Source: Schizochytrium sp. TIO01 (Eukaryota; Protista; Bigyra: Labyrinthulomycetes). Taken from it: a stretch of DNA of 64,000 bases. Both the position numbers and the translations under genes were made by a program. Under the pieces are notes generated by a model. That model saw only the letters and a list, made by a program, of their open reading frames with translations, was not told the DNA's origin and searched no databases. This document shows positions 34,101 to 43,827 of this stretch, piece after piece (the stretch's first letter is position 1; every line of letters starts with the position of its first letter). Location of the stretch: positions 2,232,001 to 2,296,000 of the forward strand of contig SMSO01000036.1 in NCBI GenBank assembly GCA_004764695.1, written 5' to 3'.

Positions 34101-36519
34101 GCATAAAGAGCATGATGCCGATCGCAATGAAAACAGGTACGACAAAAGGCTTATATGCAAGGGGCTGCCATGTTGCAACAAAGAGAGCAACCCACATAGA
34201 AAGGACGAGCACAAGGGAGACAACAATGACAGCGTCCCATATCCAAGTCGCAGAAAGTCCGGTGACAATGGCTGATCCCAAACAGAAAAGTGCAGATATG
34301 CAAGCGACAGGGGTAAGTCTCTTTTTGTCGTGGATGACTGTACCAAAAAAGATGGCGCTTGTGAGTGCTGGACTCACAAAAGCGAGTGTAGAACCGAGGA
34401 TAGCTTCTACAATGGTCATGAGAACATGAAGTGTAATGAGTATCAACAGCTCAGTGTTATCCCAAAGAGAAAGCCGGTTACACCATGACTGGGCAGCCAG
34501 GAGGCCATAGATGAACGACCAGAGGGCAACCACGGGTATCGCTATACGCACAGGCGTGGCTTCAACGTGGGAGTAAACAAAGAGCGGGAGGAAGAACACA
34601 GTCAAGTTGGCCACAATAAAACAAAAGATCACAATGAAATCGCGTCTTGAGCCATCGCCTTTCCAAAAGACGTAATCTGCATCAACCCAGAGCCGGTGAC
34701 ACCACACACACGATGCGACTGCAGGAAAAAGGGTTGCAACATATATAAACATTGTTGCACCTACGCTTGCTGGAAGGATATTTGAACAGGTAAGAAAGAG
34801 TGAAAACCCTACGTCTGCGGCATAGATTAAAAGAAGAAGTAGCGTGTATGGAATTGTAGGGACCGCCGGGCGACGAAGAACTTCAGCATGATGCAGACCA
34901 AAACAAAAGACAAAAAGGATACATCCAAGACCAAGCTCCCAGAGACTAAGATAAGTGCCCCATGCAGGATAAACCATAATACCAGAATCATCGGTCCGAG
35001 TTGCAAAATGGAGAATTGAGTTTGCCGCTGGGTATGCGCTCATAATTGTCAAGAAACCAAAGTAGGTAAACAGCAGAAAGGCGACTATTTCACGGGAGAA
35101 GGCTGACAGAAACCGCAAGAAGCAGCGTGATCTTTTCTCTCGGAAAACGGTGCGGCGCAGTGCGCGCCCATGCTCAGAACGAACGTCTTTGGCGAGATAG
35201 GAAGGTAATAAAATCCACGTGGCATAACACAGGCCCGTCAAGCATGCAAGACTTAAAGCAATGAACCAAGCTTGACTTGGTGTGGAAAAAAGAACCGCCC
35301 GTACAGTGATAAGGACTACAGCAAGTGGTGTCGCTTCCATACCACCGACAATGACCTGCATATCTCCAAAAACATGGGTTGCATGGGAGGTCCAGAACTT
35401 TGCCATGAAGAAGGAATCAGCTAAAATAATAGCGCCACATTCAAAGAACAAAAAGGTCATACCTGTGAAATGCATGTGCAAAACAGCAAGTACAATTAAC
35501 ACAATAAATGAGGCAGTGTAGAAAAAGATGAACCTCTTTCTCAAATGTCTCCGGTAAGCTTTTAGTTTTCCTCTGATTTCATCAAGGATCATTGCTTGAT
35601 CTTCCTTTTCTTCCTTTTCTGCATAGCGCATGCGGGTTTCTGCTCGCTGCGAATATACCTCGATAATAACATCATGGGAGGCATGAATGTACAAATCTGC
35701 ATAATAGATGGAGGCCACGAGGAATGCCGAGTTGAGTGTCATAGGAACCCAACTACCGGAGAGAGGCCACCATGTATCGATGATGCGCCAAGCCTCTTTG
35801 TTAACTTTATTACAATAGTTGGCCTCAAGCTGCGAGGCAAAGGGTTCCTCAATGGAGCAGCGCCCAAATGGGATGAGGAAGGCATCTGAGAAGAGTGCAA
35901 GAGTAGCAGCAATGAGACCTAGGGCGAAAAGAGCATAATGCAATTTCTTCTCTGCCTGTGTGGATGGAGAAGTATCACAACTCCTCTGGATTTGGTTCAA
36001 AGGTAATGCTAGAGTTGATGAATTATAGTGCCAAAGACGAGCCGCAAGGAGGCCCGTTACACATGAACCACCATAGAGCATGCCAGAGAAACGACCCTGC
36101 ACGAAATTGCCCCAAGTCGAGCCTTCCCACGTATAGTACAGCATAAATGCATAGAGTGTTGTTGCTATCGCAATACAGACACCTATGCAATATGGTGCCG
36201 TAATAACCACTCTGTGAAAAATCTTCAGCGTCCATCGCTGCTCGGCGCCAAGGTGCTGGCAGCACCACGCGCCCAAATTACCTGGCAGAAGCCACCATCT
36301 ATATCGAATGCGCTCTAACACAATCACCATTACCAGGATGACTAGGAGGAAAGCGATCGAAATTGATGTGAGCCTGAAGTCAGTATGGCCTGGTGAAAAA
36401 GTTGAATCTATTGAGTTGCCCTCACTTATGTAATCTGATTCGTAAAGCCTCCTTCGCGAGAAGGCATTTACCCAGTCTGCTGTACCAAGCATATTTCTTA
36501 TTGATTCCAACACTGACAT
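31144..36519 (-). CDS. DEK1-like multi-pass membrane calpain (large TM domain - linker - CysPc - C2L)
   Basis: 1791 aa from first ATG (36519). The N-terminal ~940 aa hold roughly 20 or more hydrophobic helices. CysPc motifs DVVQGSLGDCWLLS, IDDRLP, WPMLLEKAFAK, ALVDLTGG, GHAY, KLRDPWG, FWICMDDF; C-terminal calpain domain III/C2L (YRDAREISLE, FTLFPS, FTINVYS). Confidence 0.9.
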   Translation of the reverse strand: MSVLESIRNMLGTADWVNAFSRRRLYESDYISEGNSIDSTFSPGHTDFRLTSISIAFLLVILVMVIVLERIRYRWWLLPGNLGAWCCQHLGAEQRWTLKIFHRVVITAPYCIGVCIAIATTLYAFMLYYTWEGSTWGNFVQGRFSGMLYGGSCVTGLLAARLWHYNSSTLALPLNQIQRSCDTSPSTQAEKKLHYALFALGLIAATLALFSDAFLIPFGRCSIEEPFASQLEANYCNKVNKEAWRIIDTWWPLSGSWVPMTLNSAFLVASIYYADLYIHASHDVIIEVYSQRAETRMRYAEKEEKEDQAMILDEIRGKLKAYRRHLRKRFIFFYTASFIVLIVLAVLHMHFTGMTFLFFECGAIILADSFFMAKFWTSHATHVFGDMQVIVGGMEATPLAVVLITVRAVLFSTPSQAWFIALSLACLTGLCYATWILLPSYLAKDVRSEHGRALRRTVFREKRSRCFLRFLSAFSREIVAFLLFTYFGFLTIMSAYPAANSILHFATRTDDSGIMVYPAWGTYLSLWELGLGCILFVFCFGLHHAEVLRRPAVPTIPYTLLLLLIYAADVGFSLFLTCSNILPASVGATMFIYVATLFPAVASCVWCHRLWVDADYVFWKGDGSRRDFIVIFCFIVANLTVFFLPLFVYSHVEATPVRIAIPVVALWSFIYGLLAAQSWCNRLSLWDNTELLILITLHVLMTIVEAILGSTLAFVSPALTSAIFFGTVIHDKKRLTPVACISALFCLGSAIVTGLSATWIWDAVIVVSLVLVLSMWVALFVATWQPLAYKPFVVPVFIAIGIMLFMLLKFADPFVHFCLLISCVVLAIIYVATWYYYRRKPYMAFSSLIYSSGLLGVPAVVYKVDQKGGDLRVQSFGITAVCLYVLFLGQVATFFFSACLSSNIGTVISSLLYCILFLFVLHRSLARLVRFRRKFTSMQLQNFEKVFEATVSVAVERSIEISQQAMMASWLKEDSFHFLTTPKHNWVKEFLDPDRVAPTGQASNCVNTATSGSKDEFVADEQFVIHTPTQLMEYYAFVQQAEMDNEQHSRDSVRYRALFDELLVMCSAIIRRSGLDALPKRFHGPLERALTLHQEAKRNARIEMCKPTLSIKALQPVGWQDEAFPATLASLCGTAQSDSKCRRLRDQSNSGFSDLSEDNFDPDELSSDEDDLYSSYDEDDYFDEDDFDEDGNLRGYIQDGSCRVFDEDEVTWCRASVFSSSGFEVTQKPLVESGHVRIDVSPDMRYDPRDVVQGSLGDCWLLSSISVVALWPALMEKVLPEPYQTDKNGRFSVRLFVDGEWKSIDIDDRLPCFNSRSWSRNGVVYENRAANPSKALLPLPIACRSRKPSVIWPMLLEKAFAKTYGSYDALCGGHVHTALVDLTGGLTQVFQLKQDIELVASLALWKRLKRFREERLLLAAGTHEKDDEDRSTEDLGITPGHAYAVLDVAEEVDSRGLHRLLKLRDPWGTCQWRGRWNDRDSENWTQRMRKRLCNNEQGESTSAGSKFSDFWICMDDFVVQFKEVYVCRVFHGEENRWKPIRVTGLFRSRFSTKKYPKASTRLLSSNSGSQSSSPSVFQPSYVSPPYMKDGAKSSIAHLSNPAASSCPFPAEQTLTPPSSYVSFASVSNRTEKAEIQRKHAEFPAQDPPLTSVQKLEAGTDQFTLRVLPSSGKRTRGNVKVYVSMTQIVPRGKEAFMTLALLNNGGKAVGVNEQVRNSQVVASSGVYRDAREISLETWLPRNANKAFTLFPSLYSDVDVKFTINVYSECEVEVKPITAVANENSQLSMVVTS

Positions 36520-38249
36520 TTTCCTCGCCGAGTTCCAAAATTCGCAACTCCAATACAAAATTTTATATTTCGCTCAGCCGGCTCAGCTCCCGCCGCGACC
36601 CCGACAGCAAAACTGCTAAATTATCCAATGAGGAGCACGCGATAGCGCGAATTTGTATTAATGAGTAAATAATATATATTTGTGAAAAACAGGAAATGCC
36701 GAAAAGTATACCAATCAAAGAATCCACCGAGTCAGGAAGCGCGCGAGAGAGAATGGATGAGCAAGGCAACCACCCGAGAAGGAGATCAGCAACCGCAGAT
36801 TAACGGAGCCCGCGCGAGCTAGGGCTTCGCACTCGGCGAGAAAGGCCTAACACGAAGAGAGAAAGCTAGAAGAAAGAAGGTATTGAAAAGAAGTGGATCG
36901 ACAGGATCCCGGGGCTGCGGAATCCACCCAGCCGCAGCGGAGGGAGCCAAGACGCAAGGAGGGGCCTCCCTGCCTCTTCCTCGCCGCCCCCCGAGCGAAA
37001 GCGGCGCGCAAGAGAAGCGCCGCGAGTGACCCGAGGACGCGTCGTGAGACCGCGCCGTGGGGGAAAAGAGAATGGTTCAAATAATAGTGATGTGTATTAT
37101 TATGTATTTCCATCACATCAATTTCTTTCAATCGTAAGAAAAACCCTTTCTTCCCTCCAGCTCTAATTTTCTTTCCCTTTCTACGCCCCTTCTCCCCTCC
37201 CATCCCCACTGCCACCTAAAGATCCCAGTGTTTCTCCCCTCACTCTTTCCAGACTCCACTACAAATTCTTTCATTTAAAAGAATCTCTAAGCTCCTCCTA
37301 CACGTGCCTAAGTAACCCTTAAAGCTGGCTAGAGCCGCTCTATGGTGGTCGGAAAAGAACGCCAGTCGTTAGACTAAACCCATAGTACCCCTTTCGGGGT
37401 AGGTGGCGTGCGAATAATACAAGCACCGGTCCACTGCTTGAGAGCCCCTTTGCGTTCTTTTTGCGTTCTTTCTCGCTCTCCTCCTCTCGATGGGTCGCAA
37501 TTCAGCGTCGCACAATGAATAATCAATTAAACGCCGCTCCGTCTTCCGTTTGTTTGGAGAGAGCCCCGCCGAGGAGGGATAGCGAGCCCGAGGAGACCCT
37601 CTCGCAGCCATTGACGCCCCAGGACGCACGGCCTTCCTGGCCCCAAGCCGGCACAGCCAAGTGCTTCACAGGTCTTGTGCATCACAATTGCGCCCTTTCG
37701 TCAGAAACAAACCTATGCATAATACGCTCAATTGCATTTCTTTCTTTCATTCATTCTTTCAATTGCTTTTCTTTCAATTGCTTTTCTTTCAATTGCTTTT
37801 CTTTCTTTCTTTCTTTCTTCTTTCTTCGTCTCTCACAGTGGTCCCCGGGGACACCAATTAGGGTGTGCGACAGCTTCTGTGTGATGGGTTGCGCAGTCTG
37901 CGGCTGGAGTCCGGGGAACCCGCATACTAACCAACTCGAGTCTCTCACTCACTCACTCACTCACCTACTCACTCACTCACTCTAGGTTTGGGAGATTACA
38001 CAGAGATTCATTCCCGCAGAATCTGGAGACTTTGGAGCTGCGACAATACATATCGCCTCTGGAGCCTGGTCCTGACAGGCCGGGTTGTCTGCAGAAGCTA
38101 GCTCGTTGTCTGACAGTTTGTTACTTAGAAACCGCGAGAAAGCGGCCGCATCGGCCTTAGTGTGCGGTATGAAACCCTTACCAAGAGGGTTTTTGATTGA
38201 TTGATGGTTTTATTTTATTTTATAGTTTGAGACTTCAGTAAATTAAAGT

Positions 38250-41200
38250 AAAATAACATAAGTTTAATGAAGATGAAGATGATGGTTATCATCCTGAGAT
38301 CTCTCGTTTCCATGGATCTTCATGGACGACGGCAGTGTCGAAATACGTGTGCGACTCTGCGAAGAGGGCGCCCGCACCTCCATGTGGTTTCCTTCCGTGG
38401 CTGAGTTGGCTCACTTTCCTGGGATGGCGATGATTGCGCTAAATAGCTCTTGAACTTGTTGGCGCATTTGGTCTCCGTGCGCTGGCTCGCGACTAGCAAC
38501 TCTTAGGCCATGGCTAGGCGGTATTATTGGGAGCTCGAGGGCGGAGTCGAAGTTTCAAGATGATCTGGGAATGGTTGGAGCTACCTACTGTAGCGTTGGC
38601 TCGTGAATGTGTACGAGGATGACGCAGTAGTCACTCATCATCGCGATCCCTGGGACAGAAATGTGAAGCATGAACTTGGCTTTTGGAGAAAAGTTTTGAG
38701 GCCTCTTGGAACACTTGCGACGATTTACTACCACCTTATGGGAGGGAAATGGCCACAGAAAAGAAGTTTAGTTGGAAAGCCTCCTAACCCAAGCTTAGGC
38801 ATTCACCATTTCTGTAGGTGACTGCATGCATAGACTGCTTCACGTTGGTACCTGAAGGCTCATGCGATTGCTGGGCTAACTCGAGGTCTTTCTGGCGGCT
38901 GCACGTAGTAGGAAGCCAGGCATTGCAGGACATCAGGATCGTGACGTTTCGATAATTAAGGGGTGTGCAGAAAGACGATGGGAAGATAGTGTTCTTTTTT
39001 GTTTTGTTTTGACAAGTAAAAGTACAGGTAGGATAGGTACCTCTAGAGGTTCAATTTGGATGTCCGAGTTCATGCAAGCTCGAAACGTGAAAACTCAGAC
39101 TCCGAATGGCAGAGGCAAGTACCTTGTTATTATACATTCTTCAGAATGCCATAGTGGAGACGGATGGCACAATTGTAGTGTATGATATCAGTTGTGCTCA
39201 GGGCGTCTAATCGATAATTTGTACAGTTTGCAGATGGAAACTTTCAGCAACCAACAGAGCCCTGAAACTCTTTCTAGTATTGACTTGTACTAGCATGAAA
39301 TGCGGCCGTCAAACTGTTTACCAAACTTGATACCTCCTCCTTTGCAGAACAACTTGAAACGGAGTACAGGAACGCAGGCCATGCTTACAGCCATGGGAAA
39401 TGACATTAAAGGTCAGTTCGTTGACCAGGACTTCACAAGGTAATGGCGTCTACCACGACAGTTGCTCAATATTCTGTGAATGGCATTAATCCAAATCTTG
39501 GTTGTTTTTGTCCAAGTTGTTTTGGAAATAGGTTGGAGAACCAAGATTACGAAGAGGTCTAAAACTTTAGATTGAACACAGCTTTTTATATAGTACACCT
39601 CCTAAAATGCCTCTGAATTGGCTTATGCTTTCTGCCTACATGTAGTGCCAACCTTGCAAAGGAGCGCTCTACTTGAGCACATCCTGGCACCTACGAAAAT
39701 AAATCTGGCTGTGCAGATATGCATGAGATGAGATGGCATTGCACAACACACGATGACATTCTCCATGACAATTCGAATGTTTCATGGCGTGATTTCGCGA
39801 GCAAGTAAGTATGTATGCATTGCAGCTGAGTGGCCCACTCCAATCCTGAAAGCCTTGAAAAGCAGCCAGAATTCCACCAACGAACTTGAATCCGCTTATG
39901 AGAAGTATCAGAAGTGGTGCAAATATAGCAGACCTGGTTTATTAAAATGAACCCACTTGAATGGTGAGGAAGTTATTAGGCGAAGGCTATGAGTTCGGGC
40001 GTATCTTTTCTGGTAGGTGTGCCAACTAGGAAGATTTAATCTACACAAATGATTCTCTCCGACATGGGCGAATGAATGCAAGGGCGATCTAGCTCGGGAA
40101 TAACAATCCAATCATGAAAGCAAGTAGAAACATGGTCATGTCACCAAGCTTTGATCATTCGTATGTGACCAGTAAGATTTTTGCGGGTCATCAAAGTGGG
40201 GAAACGAACTTTCAAGACGGCAGGTGCACCAAAAGATTCGGCTAATGCTTTCAGTCCTGATGATGGAGGAGCTCTGAAATGGCCATAGCATTGCCGAATT
40301 TTACGCAAAAACATTAGTTCTTGACGAGGCCAAAACATAACGTCCGTATCTGAAATTATATATAGGTAGTGGCTGTATAATGCTTTTTCAGACAGTTCAG
40401 ACAGGTTTAGCTCGAAACGTTCGACGGGCCAGGACTCATTGCTGAGAGGTCGTTGATTTCGCAGATTGGACGCATTAGCCAGAAGTCACTTGCTTCATGC
40501 TAAGATAGCCGTTAGAAGGCAATGGTGAGTGACAGCAACTATTATTTATTCAATAGTTAATAAGTATATGGAAAGTATCAAAATATGCGGCTTCTTCTTT
40601 AACAACAGTGATCCGACAGGGAAAAAACGATCATACAAGAATTGCTTGTTCTTTCTGACATACGTATGCTATCAGATTCGTGATTTAGTACCACCACAAT
40701 GTAGACCGCAAGAGGGAAGCAAACTTCGTCCCTTGACCTGCACGAAACTTGATTTTGCCAGTTACAGACTTTTATTACACTCTGCTTCTCGTTTGACGAC
40801 ACATAAATGGTGCCAAAATTTGCAGGCACATATTTTCCACCTTGCTACCAAAACAATACAAGTTAGCCATTCCAACTAACTCACTGTGTGTGGTAACAGT
40901 TTAGAAGTGTTTTTAAGTTGAGAATTAATTGTAGGATGCTTGATTTCTATTCATTTTTGTATTCTTCATCAACAAGCTCTAAGTTGCTTAAATGTAAAGT
41001 ACCACTTTGGAAGAGGCCAGGTAGGTAAACAAACGTGGTATATATTGTTCCGCCTACCGCGAAAACGAACCTTATTTCATGTTGTTCAATTCTCACCTAA
41101 TTCTCAGCAGTATCCTGCCTCTGGAACAACTTTTTTACATCAAGTACTGTTACTGTTCTAGGTGTGGTAATTCTGATTTTCAAAGCACCTTCGTGTTCGA

Positions 41201-43750
41201 GAAATAAAAGTAGTAGTGCGAAATGAACTCTATCAATGACTTACCGTGAGGATGCAACATCAAAACCTCGATTCCAAGTATGTAATTCAAGTTCTCAGGC
41301 CAAAATGGTCAGCATGTATCTGCCAGAAGGAATCAATGCAATTCAAAGATCCGTCCTTGCTATGGAGCACTGTTTATAATATTGACAAGCTCAAATTCGT
41401 AGAAGAATGAGGCTGCTAGAACACAATGTTCATAGTGCGTCAAACAAATGTTTGTTGTTTTGGATTGGTGTTTCTTCGAGGGACGGAATTTCTCAGGAGC
41501 TGTCACAATGAGCAGCTATCGCATTGAAAAAGGTTTTGTACTCCGTGAACCATGATATAGCTCTGCATGGTACCAGGGAGACATATATTTGTTGAGTGGT
41601 TGATGGCATGCACGGATTGTAGAGATATATTATTCGTGGAAGCTTTACGCTCTCTGTACTTATTTATTTTTAACACCCTCAAGATTTTGTGTTTCGACTA
41701 CTCCAAATGTTCTCAATAAAGAACAACAACAGATGTCGTACATTTATTTTTTAACATAATAGTTGGTTATATGAAGAAAACAGGAGATTAGACAACCAAT
41801 CAGATTATACAACCAATCACGTGTCTGCCTAGATTCTATGCAGAGTCCGCCATATTCCAGCGACGTCTCTACAAGTCGTTTGCTAATGGATAATGATTTG
41901 AAATATAAAGGTTGCCAGGCGATCAGCCAGCTTAATTTCCTCGCTCGCTTGATGCATTTCTTAATCATCCATAAAGTCAATTTAGCATGGCGCTTATGAG
42001 TCAATCCATCAAAATTTGATCGTGGTACCACAAGGGAGACAATTATAGAAACCCAAAACAAAAACGCATCTCTGAACTTACCCATGCAAAGGTACCAAAC
42101 AACAGCATGCGCAGGTAAAACGCTTACCTGTTACGGTACTAGGGAGCAGGCCGATGGCACGGAAAGCATCAAGTCAGAAGTGCAAATTCATCCACAAGAT
42201 CCCCCTTGGATTACAGATCAGCAAGCAACACCAAACCTATGGCTGGTAATATTTAGGAAATCTAACCTCAAATAATGTATGCGAGTCGTGAATAAACCTT
42301 TCGTATGTTTACACATTAACTGTATTGGTTAGAAGACCTGGTACACTGTGCCAAGTCAGTATAACGCTAATTCATAAGCATAACTCCTTTGCCCTCGGTT
42401 GCAACTACATAATCTAACTATCTACTAGATCGTCCTAAGTCATCCTTCTAGTTGATCAGTCTGAGCTTTTAGTATGGGTTGAACATCTTCTAATTGGAAC
42501 GATTGCTGTTATGTTCTAACGTTCAAGCTTCAGTTCGTAACACAAATAAAGTCTCATGCTTTGCAGTCATGAATTTAGCATAGTAGCATAGCTAAAATGT
42601 TCCACACTAATCTTACGCGTCAAAATCTGTCAGGCTACCGGTACTATTTCAAACCACAAGGATGCCTCTAGTTGCTGACAATGCTATAGAGGCCCGTGGC
42701 TGCGAGTCAATAGTGACTATGTCTGGTAAATTATTTTATCCGTGTCCTCAGACGAAGACAATTATTTAATATGAGTGAGCGAGCAACAAATCCAGAAACC
42801 CTTCTCTGCCCCCAACTCCAGGATGATTTTTTGTATGATCGATATATTCATTATCTGTAGAAAATAGGCCACTCCACGACGATTTACTCCACCGCGCTTC
42901 CGTGGGTCGAGCTGATGACAAAATCATGGGACTTCCAGACACAGATGTGCTGCTCAAATGCAGCGCAGAGCAGCACCTTTCGGGGGGCATCCTTTGCTCC
43001 TGAAACTGTAGGTATCATAAGTAGGTGGAAGCTCTAGCAGTTTTAGTCTTTTATGCAGTTTTGGTACACCAAGTAAAAAGCAATGAAGCATATTGCGTAC
43101 CTACTACCTACTTCAATATAAACAAGATGGATAGTAGTTGTACCTAGCTTTAATGTCGAGGTTGACAGGTAGGTAGGTGGGTGGGTGCCTACCAAGAGTA
43201 GCCAAAAGCTCTTTTTGGGCTTCTTCATAGTCGATGACTTTCCCACTACTATACCCCAGGAATCAGCCTCTTGAAACATGACTCGAAAACGGATAAAGCC
43301 TCAAGATACCGATTCAACTCTTTAAGCAAGCACCCACGCTCAAGTTCCGACGAGGCTCGTGTCGATAAGTTTCTCACTGTGCAATACTACCACCTAGGTG
43401 AACGATGAGTCTCTGTGAGAGCCCGTCCACATTACGAAGAGAGCACCAAGTGCAAATCATCACAGCCCTGCGCTTTTGCTGTCGATGATTTCATTGGAGT
43501 ACCAACGATATGACGAAACATGTGTATTTTCTGAGCTTCCAACGGCACCTGGCATCGTGCTGGATATCGCTGCACTCGGCAACTGCAAAAGACCTCCTCG
43601 GCAACAGCCAACGACTTCAAGCTTGCAAGAGTTGCACCACGCAGTACCTTTTATCTCTGCTGATGAAATTACATCAATTTCCAGCCCAGCTCAAGGAACC
43701 CTAGCTTGCTAGCTAGCTCTAGGTACCTCCTTACTTGAAAAAGCAAGGAA
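38250..43750. pseudogene. Microsatellite-poor, ORF-less block; candidate decayed gene cluster
   Basis: Composition resembles coding DNA and contrasts with the repeat-rich flanks, but no ORF exceeds ~120 aa. Scattered glycosyltransferase-like words (VYEDDAVV, SFAEQLE, FREQVSMYA, SDTDVMF). Confidence 0.25.
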
Positions 43751-43755
43751 ACCAC

Positions 43756-43827
43756 GTTCAAGTTCAAGTTTAGGTTCAAGTTCAAGTTCAAGTTTAGGTT
43801 CAAGTTCAAGTTCAAGTTCAAGTTCAA
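43756..43827. repeat. (GTTCAA)n hexamer microsatellite
   Basis: Read directly. Confidence 0.95.

Noticed and set aside
23423-36668. Antisense and alternate-frame ORFs overlapping SFC1, TFIP11, YIPF and the calpain
   Set aside because: Shadow ORFs of real CDSs with no independent evidence.
39170-39200. IVVYDISC resembling the KDZ/Zisupton transposase YDIxC motif
   Set aside because: Isolated; no CxC domain, downstream HxxxH or GExxE motifs, or terminal repeats seen.
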